Assembly (NCBI GenBank): GCA_023268675.1
Contig: JALQTV010000001.1
Span: forward strand, 1-57,596
DNA length: 57,596 bases
Origin: Saprospiraceae bacterium
GTDB taxonomy: Bacteria; Bacteroidota; Bacteroidia; Chitinophagales; Saprospiraceae
Reading direction: 5' to 3'
Shown here: positions 35,181 through 45,006 of the stretch, piece by piece
How positions within the stretch are numbered: the first letter of the stretch is position 1
How the letters are laid out: each line of letters starts with the position of its first letter
Position numbers and translations under genes: made by a program
The notes under the pieces: model-generated
Told to the model about the DNA's origin: nothing
Databases searched by the model: none
The model's input: the letters and a program-made list of their open reading frames with translations, nothing else

Positions 35181-38100
35181 ATGCAAAAAATTTTCAGACT
35201 CCTTTCGCTTGTATGGCTGTTTTTCTTTTCCGGGGAAGCAATCGCACAGATATCAGATGTGCAATTTGGTAAAAACAGGGTGCAATACCACCGCGATTTC
35301 GATGAATGGGCACAATATGAGAGCGATAATTTTATAACGTACTGGTATGGAGAAGCCCGAAACATAGGCCAGGCCAGTCTACAGTTTGCGGAATACGATT
35401 TCGCAGAAATCCAACGATTGCTGGAGCATCGCATCAATGAAAAGATTCAGATCATTGTTTATACAGATCTTACAGATCTGAAACAGAGCAATATAGGTTC
35501 TGAAGAAACCTTTACCAATACAGGGGGACTGACCAAAATCGTCGGCAATAAGATCTTTGTTTATTTTGATGGCAACCACCTCAATCTTCGAAAGCAGGTA
35601 CGTGAAGGAATAGCCAATGTTTACCTGGATGCCATGCTTTTTGGCTCCAATATTCAGGAAATCGTACAAAATGCAGTACTGCTCAATCTGCCTGACTGGT
35701 TTAAGGAAGGACTTATTTCTTATGTAGGCGAAACCTGGAATACGTCGTTTGACGGTCAGCTAAGAGATGCCATACTAAGTGAAAGTTTCGAAGGCTTTGA
35801 AGCCTTGGCCAAAGTCAAACCCCGCCTCGCCGGTCATTCCCTGTGGTATTATATTTCTGAAAAATACGGCAAGCGAACGGTTTCCAACCTCTTGTACCTG
35901 ACCCGGATCAATCGAAATACTGAAAACGGCTTCCTTTATGTATTGGGCAGCAGTTTTCCTGCCATCATCAGAGAATGGACTGCCTATTTTGAAGCCCGGT
36001 ACAAGGGCGAGGCACAGTTGCTGGCACAGCCGGAGATGCAGCAGGTTCCTATCAAAAACAAGCGAAACCTGCCGGTCAATCACTTTCAGTTGAGTCCCGA
36101 TGGTACCCGTGCGATCTATGTCACCAATGAGATAGGGCAGTACAAAGTTTATTTACAGGATCTCCAGACCAACGATCGCAAAGTTATCTTTAGGGAGGGC
36201 TTTCGCAACGCTTTTCAGGCTACAGATTACAATTACCCCATGCTCGATTGGAGTCCCAACAATACTGAAATTGCCATTTTATACGAGAAAAGAGATCGGC
36301 CCCGCCTGATGATTTACGATGTGAGCACAGGTGACTCTAATGTAGAAGATCTTGCATCACGCTATCAGCGCATTTATTCGATGGATTATGCCAATCCCAA
36401 TATGCTGGTTTTTTCCGCGGCAGCGGGAGGACAGTCAGATATCTTTTTGTATTACATCAACAACAGACAGTCTCAGCGGATTACGAGCGATTTTTACGAT
36501 GACCTGGATGCGGCTTATGTACGGGTAAATGACCAGCCCGGCATCATTTTTTCTTCCAACCGAACCAGTCCTTTGTTGAAGTCGGTGAGTATGGATACCA
36601 TTCTGCCAATAGAGACTTTTGACTTGTATTATTACGATTTGGCAAACCGAAGTGCTGAACTGGTACAAATTACCCATACTCCGCTTGCCAATGAAAAACT
36701 TCCGGCATCCATAGATACCACCTATTTTACTTTCCTATCCGACGAAAGTGGCATCTATAATCGCTATTATGGGTACCTCGAAGACTATATCCATCATTAT
36801 GATCAGCTCATTTATTTTAATGATGGCACCAATATTCGGCTGAATGCGGACAGTATCCTGACCGCTCTGGATTCCACCACGGTAGATTCCATTGTCATTG
36901 AGCCCGTCATCAAGAAACGGGCGGTCAATCATCCTGCTTCAAATTACAGGACCAATATCGTTGAACAGTCAACAGCTCCCAGAGCCGGCAAATTTTCTGA
37001 ATTGCGCCTGATTGATGATGTATATTCGGCATTCATTGGGAGGATAGATACAGATACCTTGATCGTTCCTGCTATGTCCACCTATTTTAGGTTGAAAAAC
37101 AATGGCTTAGGTCTTGGAGTGGAACTCGTGCCTCAGATGCCCCAACAACAAGCAGAGCCTGAAGCTCCGGCAGAATTTTCTTTTCAGGTGCCCAATCAGC
37201 AGGTTACCAGGATACGTGAGGCTACTCCGGTGACCCAGGAAAAGCCCGAGGCCCCGACCCCGGCAGCTCCACAGGAAGCACCCAAAGATAGCAATGTCGT
37301 GGATATTGACAACTACCTGTTTCAGACAGAATTTTTGGATGCAGCAGAGAAGGCCAAAGTAGCGCAGCAACAGAAAGAGGCAGAGCAAGCAGCACAGGCG
37401 GCTACGCCCCCTGCTCCCACCGGTACTCCTTCGAGCCCCTACCGTGGAAATCTTCCCGTTTCAGACAACAGGCCGATTTATAAGTTCCGTCCGGGAGCCA
37501 TCACGCCTTACAGACTTACTTTCCGCACAGACTTTGTGACTACCCAGATGGACAACAGCCTGTTGTTCGAAGGATTGCAAAGTTATGTTGGCAACCAGCA
37601 GGAATTTGCTTACCCACCGCCGGGTATTTTGTTGAAAGCCAATTTCAAAGACTTATTTGAAGACTACGAATTTGAAGGAGGGGTAAGGCTGCCTACCAGT
37701 TTCAGCGGTTCAGAGTATTTCCTTGTGTTCAATGACAAGAAAAAAAGGCTGGACAAGACTTTTGCTGTGTATCGCAAAAACGATCGCATCACAGAGCCCA
37801 GTACTACTTTTGTACCTCAGAAAAAGGAAAACAACATCATTCTGGGGCAGTTTGGGGTTAAATATCCTCTGGATATCTTCCGAAGCCTGCGGGGAACGTT
37901 CACCCTGCGCCGGGACCAGACTACCCAACTCGCCACCGAATTGAGCAGTCTTCGCAAGGCCACTGTCAGCGAACAAAGAGCGGGCTTAAAACTGGAATAC
38001 GTTTTTGACAACACCCTTGATGTGGGGCTCAACCTTAAAAATGGTACCCGATACAAGGTTTATGCAGAAATTGTCAAGCGCTTTGACCTGAGTCTGGACG

Positions 38101-38735
38101 AGAAGCTTACCCTCAGCCTCAATGATGGCTTTATGGGAATTGTGGGTTTGGATGCCCGGCATTATCAGCGCGTTTTGAAGCACTCTGTATTGGCTGCCAG
38201 GGTGGCTGCTGCCACTTCTTTTGGTTCTGAGCAGATCCTGTATTACATGGGCGGAGTGAGCAATTGGCTGTTTTCTACCCAGGACAACGACGTACCCGTG
38301 CCACCGGGTATAGACTTTGCTTATCAGACCCTTGCAACCAATATGCGGGGATTCAATATCAACATTCGGAATGGAAATTCTTATGTACTCAGCAATTTGG
38401 AGTTGCGGGTACCTGTATTCAGATACATCTCTACGCGGCTGAGTTCTCCATTCTTCCGAAACTTCCAATTGACCGGATTCTTTGATGTGGGAACAGCCTG
38501 GGCCGGCAAAGATCCTTTTAGCATAGACAATCCGCTCAATACATCGGTTATACCTAACAGCGATGCCATTTCGGTTCGGGTAAATTTCTTTCGCGATCCA
38601 TTGGTGGCAGGGTATGGCATAGGAGCCCGAACGATGTTATTTGGCTACTTTGTTCGGGTAGATTACGCCTGGGGGATAGAAACCCGCAGGGTGTTGGATC
38701 CTAAGCTTTACATAGCGCTGGGCATGGACTTTTAA
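35181..38735 (+). CDS. 1184-aa outer-membrane protein: PD40/TolB-like repeats, P/A/Q/E-rich linker and Omp85-like C-terminal beta-barrel
   Basis: Signal peptide. PD40-like repeats (LSPDGTRAIYV..., DWSPNNTEIAILY..., VFSAAAGGQSDIFLY). Low-complexity linker at ~37135-37445. C-terminal Omp85-type blocks NMRGF, NLELRVPVF, GFFDVGTAW and GIGARTMLFGYFVRVDYAW, ending in F. Confidence 0.7.
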   Translation: MQKIFRLLSLVWLFFFSGEAIAQISDVQFGKNRVQYHRDFDEWAQYESDNFITYWYGEARNIGQASLQFAEYDFAEIQRLLEHRINEKIQIIVYTDLTDLKQSNIGSEETFTNTGGLTKIVGNKIFVYFDGNHLNLRKQVREGIANVYLDAMLFGSNIQEIVQNAVLLNLPDWFKEGLISYVGETWNTSFDGQLRDAILSESFEGFEALAKVKPRLAGHSLWYYISEKYGKRTVSNLLYLTRINRNTENGFLYVLGSSFPAIIREWTAYFEARYKGEAQLLAQPEMQQVPIKNKRNLPVNHFQLSPDGTRAIYVTNEIGQYKVYLQDLQTNDRKVIFREGFRNAFQATDYNYPMLDWSPNNTEIAILYEKRDRPRLMIYDVSTGDSNVEDLASRYQRIYSMDYANPNMLVFSAAAGGQSDIFLYYINNRQSQRITSDFYDDLDAAYVRVNDQPGIIFSSNRTSPLLKSVSMDTILPIETFDLYYYDLANRSAELVQITHTPLANEKLPASIDTTYFTFLSDESGIYNRYYGYLEDYIHHYDQLIYFNDGTNIRLNADSILTALDSTTVDSIVIEPVIKKRAVNHPASNYRTNIVEQSTAPRAGKFSELRLIDDVYSAFIGRIDTDTLIVPAMSTYFRLKNNGLGLGVELVPQMPQQQAEPEAPAEFSFQVPNQQVTRIREATPVTQEKPEAPTPAAPQEAPKDSNVVDIDNYLFQTEFLDAAEKAKVAQQQKEAEQAAQAATPPAPTGTPSSPYRGNLPVSDNRPIYKFRPGAITPYRLTFRTDFVTTQMDNSLLFEGLQSYVGNQQEFAYPPPGILLKANFKDLFEDYEFEGGVRLPTSFSGSEYFLVFNDKKKRLDKTFAVYRKNDRITEPSTTFVPQKKENNIILGQFGVKYPLDIFRSLRGTFTLRRDQTTQLATELSSLRKATVSEQRAGLKLEYVFDNTLDVGLNLKNGTRYKVYAEIVKRFDLSLDEKLTLSLNDGFMGIVGLDARHYQRVLKHSVLAARVAAATSFGSEQILYYMGGVSNWLFSTQDNDVPVPPGIDFAYQTLATNMRGFNINIRNGNSYVLSNLELRVPVFRYISTRLSSPFFRNFQLTGFFDVGTAWAGKDPFSIDNPLNTSVIPNSDAISVRVNFFRDPLVAGYGIGARTMLFGYFVRVDYAWGIETRRVLDPKLYIALGMDF

Positions 38736-39809
38736 TTATTCTACGCCGGCTTTCATCTTTTCGGAGGTTTCTACGACGTGGAGTGCATCTATGATGGGAT
38801 CCAGTTCACCTTCGATTACTTGTTGCAGGTTGAAGTTTTTGACATCTCCTTCAAGTCTGTGGTCCGTGACTCGGTTTTGTGGATAATTATAGGTTCTGAT
38901 TTTATCGGAGCGATCTCCCGATCCCACCAGGGATCTGCGTTGTGCTGCCATTTTTGAATCATGGGCTTCTCGTTGCGCTTCGTAAATTTTTTGGTACAAC
39001 CTTTGGAGCGCGATTTCCCGGTTTTTGATCTGTGAGCGTCCGTCCTGACTTTCTGCTACTATACCTGTAGGGATATGTGTGAAACGCACGCCGGATTCTG
39101 TTTTATTGACGTGCTGTCCCCCTGCCCCACTGGATCGAAAGGTATCTACTTTTAGGTCAGCCTTATTGATGTTTACATCGTCCATTTCCAGTTTGGGGAT
39201 GACGGCCACGGTAGCTGCCGAGGTATGTATCCTGCCCTGGGATTCTGTTTTGGGTACCCGTTGGACCCGGTGTGCGCCGGACTCGAATTTGAGTCGGCCA
39301 TATACATCTTCGCCGCTGATTTCCAGGACGATCTTGCTGTAACCTCCTACGGTACCTTCATTGATGCTGACTACTTCGGTTTCCCAACCCAATGTTTCGA
39401 AATAGCGCATATACATGCGGTAGAGGTCTCCTGCGAAGATGCTTGCCTCGTCCCCGCCGGTACCTGCACGAATTTCAAAAATAACATCTCTTGCGTCTTC
39501 CGGATCTTTTGGAATCAGCAGTACTTTTATTTTTTCTTCCAGCTCTCCCTTTTGGGGAATCAACTCTTCCAGCTCTGCGGCAGCCATTTCCTGCATGTCG
39601 GGGTCATCTTCTTTCAGCATCAGCCTGGCCGTATCGATGTTGCCCAATACCAGTTTGTATGCCTCATAAGCATCTACGACCACCTTCAGGTCTTTATACG
39701 CCTTGCTTATCTTGCGGTACTTTGCCGGATCTACTACGATTTCCGGATCTGACATCTGCTCTTCCAGGGTCAGGTATCGTTCCTTGATCGCTTCCAGTTT
39801 ATCGAGCAT
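38736..39809 (-). CDS. prfA: Peptide chain release factor 1
   Basis: GGQHVNKT (GGQ) and the RF1-type PxT tripeptide in RVQRVPKTESQGRIHTS. Confidence 0.95.
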   Translation of the reverse strand: MLDKLEAIKERYLTLEEQMSDPEIVVDPAKYRKISKAYKDLKVVVDAYEAYKLVLGNIDTARLMLKEDDPDMQEMAAAELEELIPQKGELEEKIKVLLIPKDPEDARDVIFEIRAGTGGDEASIFAGDLYRMYMRYFETLGWETEVVSINEGTVGGYSKIVLEISGEDVYGRLKFESGAHRVQRVPKTESQGRIHTSAATVAVIPKLEMDDVNINKADLKVDTFRSSGAGGQHVNKTESGVRFTHIPTGIVAESQDGRSQIKNREIALQRLYQKIYEAQREAHDSKMAAQRRSLVGSGDRSDKIRTYNYPQNRVTDHRLEGDVKNFNLQQVIEGELDPIIDALHVVETSEKMKAGVE

Positions 39810-39959
39810 ATTACTTATTTTTCGGGTTTGGTATATTCCGGCCTGTTCATCAGAGCCGGTGTAAAACGCTTATATTTGCACAATTGTGCAAACAGGCTGC
39901 AAAATAGCAACAATTCTTCTTTCAATGATAAAACTAGATCAAAAGGTTCCCTTCCATAC

Positions 39960-40643
39960 ATGGCACTAATTCTGAACATCGAAACGGCAACAGAGGTTTG
40001 CTCGGTTGCTTTGGGGCTTGACGGGCAGCTTTGTCACAGTGAAACCATTGCTGAACCCAACCGGCATGCTTCTCACACTACCTTGTTGATTCAGCAGGTA
40101 CTGGAGGCTGGTAACTATTCTGTGAATCAGTTGGATGCGGTGGCGGTGAGTGCGGGACCGGGGTCTTATACCGGTTTGCGCATAGGGGCGTCCATTGCGA
40201 AGGGGATTTGTTTTGCCCTGGATATTCCTCTAATAGCGATTCCTTCCCTGCAAGGTTTGGCGGAGGGAGCGCGACGGAAATTTCCACAGGCTGATTTGAT
40301 CATTCCGATGATTGATGCCAGAAGGCAGGAGGTATACGCTGCCTGGTATGGAAGCAAGCTCGAAACTCTGCATCCTGAGTGGGCCTGGGTTTTGGAAGAA
40401 GGCGCATTGCAGCCTATAGCAGCGGGTCATTCTGAAGTGGTTGTTTGTGGCAATGGAGCTTTCAAAGCAGAAGCCATTCTGGGTAAGGTTTCTAATGTAT
40501 CCTGGTATCCGGGGGATTCCGATGCCGGTTTTCTCGTGCCGCTGGCGGAGGTAGCCTTTCAGGCAAAAAAATTTCAGTTGCTCGATTCTTTCAGTCCTTT
40601 TTATCTGAAACCTCCAAATATTACCAAGCCTAAGGGGGTATAG
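39960..40643 (+). CDS. tsaB: tRNA threonylcarbamoyladenosine biosynthesis protein TsaB
   Basis: ILNIETATEVCSVAL and AVSAGPGSYTGLRIG are TsaB/YeaZ blocks. Start moved to the ATG at 39960. Confidence 0.85.
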   Translation: MALILNIETATEVCSVALGLDGQLCHSETIAEPNRHASHTTLLIQQVLEAGNYSVNQLDAVAVSAGPGSYTGLRIGASIAKGICFALDIPLIAIPSLQGLAEGARRKFPQADLIIPMIDARRQEVYAAWYGSKLETLHPEWAWVLEEGALQPIAAGHSEVVVCGNGAFKAEAILGKVSNVSWYPGDSDAGFLVPLAEVAFQAKKFQLLDSFSPFYLKPPNITKPKGV

Positions 40644-40961
40644 TTAGTCAGCAGCAAAAAGTGTCGGACCCGACAATAAGTCTTTGTGATTCAATATTTG
40701 CACGGGGTGTTCTTCACCCGAAACCTTGTGATATGGGTTTCGCATAAAGCCACGAATTGGGGAGATAAATGCTCTATGTATTGCAGTGGCTGAATAGTTA
40801 CATTTTTTTTATATTAAAAAAAGTTTTTAATGAGCGATTTAATTTTATATTTTTAGCTCACAATCAAAAAGTTTAGCCTTACACATTCTCATAATGCCTT
40901 CTTTTGGTATGGATTTTGATATGTTAAAGAAAAAATTCATGCCACTATTAATCCAATCGAT

Positions 40962-41303
40962 ATGAGAAAACAGAAAAATGAAATTGTTACCCTGAAAAAC
41001 GGGAAACAAGAAATTCAGCTTGATTACGCCGAGCTTCGCAAAGCGGTGTTGGTACTGCGGGCGGTCAATCACAAACTCCGGCAACGAATCATTGACCTGC
41101 TGGAAGAAAATGATAATATGACCGTGACGGATATCTACATCAAACTGCGATTGGAGCAGTCTGTAGCTTCCCAGCACTTAGCAATCTTGCGAAGAGCAGG
41201 AATTGTAATCACCAACCGTCAGGGTAAGTTTATCAATTATTCCCTTAACAGGGACCGGTTGGCACAGATTTCCAAATTGGTGGAAGAACTCACGCTGAGC
41301 TGA
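40962..41303 (+). CDS. ArsR/SmtB-family winged-helix regulator (cysteine-free)
   Basis: LRAVNHKLRQRIIDLL...VASQHLAILRRAGIV...GKFINYSL matches the ArsR HTH pattern. No Cys residues. Confidence 0.8.
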   Translation: MRKQKNEIVTLKNGKQEIQLDYAELRKAVLVLRAVNHKLRQRIIDLLEENDNMTVTDIYIKLRLEQSVASQHLAILRRAGIVITNRQGKFINYSLNRDRLAQISKLVEELTLS

Positions 41304-41403
41304 TTCCGATTTTTTATGTTCCATTTTCATTTTTCACCTCAAAAGTTCGCCTCTGCATGACGTAAGTACAACTACACTACACACTTGTAAACAACAGAGA
41401 ACT

Positions 41404-41739
41404 ATGAGAAAGGCTAAGGTTAACATCAACGCGGAGAAGCTCGAAGCTTCTTCAGAGATTATGCGTGCACTGGCTCATCCGCTTCGAATGAAAATCCTGA
41501 ATTTTATTGACGAAAACGGAGAGATCAACGTCAACCAAATCTACAACACCTTGAATCTTGAACAGTCTATCACTTCCCAGCACCTGCGAATCCTGCGCCT
41601 GGCAGGTTTGGTATTGACCCGTAGGAAGGGAAAGTTTGTCCAATACAGCGTCAACTATGCTAAATTGGAACAAACCAACAAGGCAGTGCTGGCTTTTCTG
41701 GAAAACGAGAAAAAGGCAGGCAGGCAGAGGCGGGGATAA
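41404..41739 (+). CDS. ArsR/SmtB-family winged-helix regulator (cysteine-free paralogue)
   Basis: MRALAHPLRMKILNFI...ITSQHLRILRLAGLV...GKFVQYSV. No Cys residues. Confidence 0.8.
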   Translation: MRKAKVNINAEKLEASSEIMRALAHPLRMKILNFIDENGEINVNQIYNTLNLEQSITSQHLRILRLAGLVLTRRKGKFVQYSVNYAKLEQTNKAVLAFLENEKKAGRQRRG

Positions 41740-41775
41740 GTCGCTCCTTTCCGGGAAACTTGATGTGCTTCCTAC

Positions 41776-42516
41776 TTATGCTTCGGGAGTAGCGAGAGGA
41801 TTGTTGTCGTTTTCCTCGTCTGAGCCAATGGTTTTGGGTTCAGAAAAAGATTGCGCTGCAAGGTCGGAAGCTGTTTGGTTTGAGACAGCCTGTTGACTGT
41901 CTTGCATAAAGAATTTTCTCTGGAAGAGCAGGATATTGATTACCCCGGTTGTGATGGATACATCGGCGATATTGAATACAGGTCTGAAAAAAATAAAGCT
42001 TCTGCCATTCAGGAATGGGATCCATTCCGGGAAGTTGCCTCGGAAGAGTGGGAAATAAAACATATCTACCACTTTACCCTGCAGGAAAGGAGCATATCCG
42101 CCACCTTCAGGTAGAAAGGTGGCCAGGCCGCCGTGATAGGGGGAGCTGGAAAATAACATGCCATAAAAAGCACTGTCAATGATATTGCCTAAAGCTCCGG
42201 CAAGGATCAACGCAAAACTCGCTAGCAAGCCGAAAGATACCCTTAGGCGAAGCAGCAAGTTGATGTAATAAACCAAAAAGCCTACTGCTACGATGCGGAG
42301 GGAGCTGAGTAACAGTTTCCCTTGCATGCCCTCGCCAAAACTGAAACCAAAGGCCATGCCATTGTTTTCTACAAAATGGATAAGTGCTCGATCCAGACCA
42401 AAAATGCGGATATCTTCACCGTAATTCATGTTTAGTTTTACCCACACCTTCAGGCTCTGGTCCAATAGGAGCACCAGGAACACCAGTGCAATAATTTTAT
42501 GGGATCTTTTCTTCAA
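41776..42516 (-). CDS. lspA: Lipoprotein signal peptidase (signal peptidase II) with a ~45-aa hydrophilic C-terminal tail
   Basis: LLLDQSLKVWV, FVENNGMAFG, GALGNIIDS and VVDMFYFP...FNIADVSI are LspA blocks. Confidence 0.9.
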   Translation of the reverse strand: MKKRSHKIIALVFLVLLLDQSLKVWVKLNMNYGEDIRIFGLDRALIHFVENNGMAFGFSFGEGMQGKLLLSSLRIVAVGFLVYYINLLLRLRVSFGLLASFALILAGALGNIIDSAFYGMLFSSSPYHGGLATFLPEGGGYAPFLQGKVVDMFYFPLFRGNFPEWIPFLNGRSFIFFRPVFNIADVSITTGVINILLFQRKFFMQDSQQAVSNQTASDLAAQSFSEPKTIGSDEENDNNPLATPEA

Positions 42517-42539
42517 GCGGTTATGATTTTTTCTTGGCT

Positions 42540-42905
42540 TTATTTAAATCCTTTTTGTTTGGCTTCTATGCTGAGGGTAGCATGAGGGACGGCTTTCAGT
42601 CGTTCTTTGGAAATGAGTTTTCCGGTCTGTCTGCAAATACCGTACACTTTGTTTTCTATCCTGAGCAACGCATTTTCGAGATGCTGGATATGCTTTCTCT
42701 GGCGGGCAGCCAATCCGAGAATTCTTTCATTTTCAGCGGTGCCTGTACCGTCGTCGAGCCCTTTGATCTTGGCGTCGGGGTTGTCGGCCAGGTCTGCCAT
42801 TTGTTTCAGGTAAAAATCCAGTTGGTCTCTGGAAACTTTTAGTTTCTCTTCGATGAGTATTCTGAATTCTTCCAGTTCACTGTCAGAGTAGCGGGTCTTT
42901 TCCAT
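42540..42905 (-). CDS. DksA/TraR family C4-type zinc-finger protein
   Basis: Coiled-coil N-terminus and a C-terminus YGICRQTGKLISKERLKAVPHATLSIEAK typical of the Bacteroidota DksA/TraR family adjacent to lspA. Confidence 0.75.
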   Translation of the reverse strand: MEKTRYSDSELEEFRILIEEKLKVSRDQLDFYLKQMADLADNPDAKIKGLDDGTGTAENERILGLAARQRKHIQHLENALLRIENKVYGICRQTGKLISKERLKAVPHATLSIEAKQKGFK

Positions 42906-42961
42906 GCGCTTTGAGTTATAACAATCCGGCCCGGTCTGTCTTACAGATGGGGCGCTTCTTT

Positions 42962-44038
42962 TCAGGATTTATCTTCATCCAAAATTTCTTCATCGTCGGT
43001 TACACCTGCGAGATTTCTTCGTTCGAGCGGATTTGAGTGCCATTCTTTGTATTGTCTTCGGCTTCGGGTGATATCTATGGCTGCATAGAGAGCATTGCGG
43101 AAAGAATCGGCATTTGCCTCATTTTTTCCGGCGATATCGTACGCTGTTCCATGATCCGGAGAAGTGCGTACGCCGGTCAAGCCTGCGGTAAAGTTTACGC
43201 CATTTCCGAAAGAGAGGGTTTTGAAAGGAACAAGCCCTTGATCGTGGTACATTGCCAGGATGGCGTCGAATTTCCGGAATTGTCCGGAACCGAAAAAAGC
43301 ATCTGCGGGGAAAGGTCCCATGGCCATGATGCCCTTTTCTTTGGCCTCCTGAAGCGCCGGTTTGATCATTGTTTCTTCTTCTTCACCCAATACGCCACCA
43401 TCTCCCGCGTGGGGGTTGAGCCCCAGTACGGCAATGGTAGGTCGCTCGATGCCAAAGTCCATTTTCAGGGTAGATTCCAGGGTCTTTATTTTTTTCAGGA
43501 TCAGTTCTTTTGACAAGGTAGCTGCCACCTCTTTTAGCGGCAGGTGGTTGGTTACCAGCCCTACGCGAAGATCATCATAAACCATCAGCATCACACTTTT
43601 GCCTCCCAGTTCGTGGGTGAGGTATTCTGTGTGACCGGGAAACGGGAAATTCGCCAATTGCATGGCGTGCTTGTTGATGGGAGCGGTTACCAGGGCATCT
43701 ATGAGGTTGTTTTTGAGGTCCTGCGTAGCAGCTTCCAGGGATTTGAAAGCAAAGGCACCGCCTTCTTCGGTGGGCTTGCCCAGGGTAATGTTGACATTAT
43801 CCTGCCAGCAATTGATGATATTGACCTGATTGGGATCTAAATTTTCCGCAGAGCGGGCCACAAAAAAGGGAAATTCTACCTCAACGATATTTTTGTTGTA
43901 AGATACTACTTTTGTAGAGCCGTAAACTACCGGTGTACAAATATTGAGCAGGTGTTTGTTGCTGATTGTCTTTAAGATGACTTCCAGTCCAATGCCATTG
44001 ATATCTCCTATGCTGATGCCAATTTTCAACTTATCCAT
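42962..44038 (-). CDS. pdxA: 4-hydroxythreonine-4-phosphate dehydrogenase
   Basis: IGISIGDINGIGLEV, GHTEYL, LNPHAGDGG, YHDQGL and IRTSPDHGTA PdxA blocks. Start moved to the ATG at 44038. Confidence 0.9.
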   Translation of the reverse strand: MDKLKIGISIGDINGIGLEVILKTISNKHLLNICTPVVYGSTKVVSYNKNIVEVEFPFFVARSAENLDPNQVNIINCWQDNVNITLGKPTEEGGAFAFKSLEAATQDLKNNLIDALVTAPINKHAMQLANFPFPGHTEYLTHELGGKSVMLMVYDDLRVGLVTNHLPLKEVAATLSKELILKKIKTLESTLKMDFGIERPTIAVLGLNPHAGDGGVLGEEEETMIKPALQEAKEKGIMAMGPFPADAFFGSGQFRKFDAILAMYHDQGLVPFKTLSFGNGVNFTAGLTGVRTSPDHGTAYDIAGKNEANADSFRNALYAAIDITRSRRQYKEWHSNPLERRNLAGVTDDEEILDEDKS

Positions 44039-44200
44039 CAATTGATCGGTTTTTCTTTTTTCAAGGATAATTAAATTTTTTAAGTTTGACTGGTAAACCA
44101 TTGCCAGTACCCGGCTTGTTTTACCTTGAAAATCAATTTGCAAATATATATAAATCCTTTTTGAATAGCCGTTTTATCGGCATTAATCCCCCCGCGCAAT

Positions 44201-44974
44201 TTGAAAGCCAAGAAATCGTTTGGTCAGCATTTTCTCAACAGCCCACATATCGCTCAGCGAATTGTGGACAGCCTTTCTTATGGTACGGAATCCGGTAATG
44301 TACTGGAAGTCGGACCGGGAAAGGGTGTACTTACGCAATTTTTGCTGGAAAAAAACTGTCACTTCAAAGCAGTAGAAGCTGACAGAGATATGGTGGATTA
44401 CCTGAGTGCCACCTATCCTCAGCTCGCAGGAAACCTCATTTCGGAAGATTTTCTGAAGCTTCCCCTCGATCAGGTTTTTGATGGGCAGCCTTTTTCTTTG
44501 ATTGGTAATTTCCCTTACAACATTTCCAGCCAGATCGTTTTTCGCATGTTGAAGTACCGCGATTTGGTTCCGGAAATGGTGGGCATGTTCCAGAAAGAAG
44601 TAGCCGAACGGATCATTGCTCCTCATGGTTCCAAAACCTACGGTGTCATCAGTGTCCTTACTCAGGCATATTACAGTGGTAAATATTTGTTTACGGTACA
44701 GGCCGGAAGCTTTACCCCTCCACCCAAGGTTTTGTCGGGCGTCATCCGCCTCGAAAGGATAGAACAAACCGAATTGGAGGGGTACGAAAAAACGTTTTCA
44801 CGGGTGGTCAAACAGGCTTTCAGCCAGCGAAGAAAAATGCTACGCAATACCATGAAAACCTTCCTCAAGGATGACCCCCTGCTTCGGGATGCTTTCTTCG
44901 ATCAACGCCCCGAGGCTTTATCTGTAAAGGATTATATAGCGTTGACGAAACAACTGCATGATAAAATTGTCTAA
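44201..44974 (+). CDS. rsmA: 16S rRNA (adenine1518/1519-N6)-dimethyltransferase
   Basis: KKSFGQHFL, VLEVGPGKGVLT and IGNFPYNISS motifs. Apparent TTG start. Confidence 0.9.
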   Translation: MKAKKSFGQHFLNSPHIAQRIVDSLSYGTESGNVLEVGPGKGVLTQFLLEKNCHFKAVEADRDMVDYLSATYPQLAGNLISEDFLKLPLDQVFDGQPFSLIGNFPYNISSQIVFRMLKYRDLVPEMVGMFQKEVAERIIAPHGSKTYGVISVLTQAYYSGKYLFTVQAGSFTPPPKVLSGVIRLERIEQTELEGYEKTFSRVVKQAFSQRRKMLRNTMKTFLKDDPLLRDAFFDQRPEALSVKDYIALTKQLHDKIV

Positions 44975-45006
44975 AACCTTTCTTCAAAAATCATAAATGA
45001 AACGCC

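Noticed and set aside
38736-39809. Programmed +1 frameshift as in release factor 2
   Set aside because: The protein carries the RF1-type PKT tripeptide and is a single uninterrupted ORF. The frameshift is a prfB feature.
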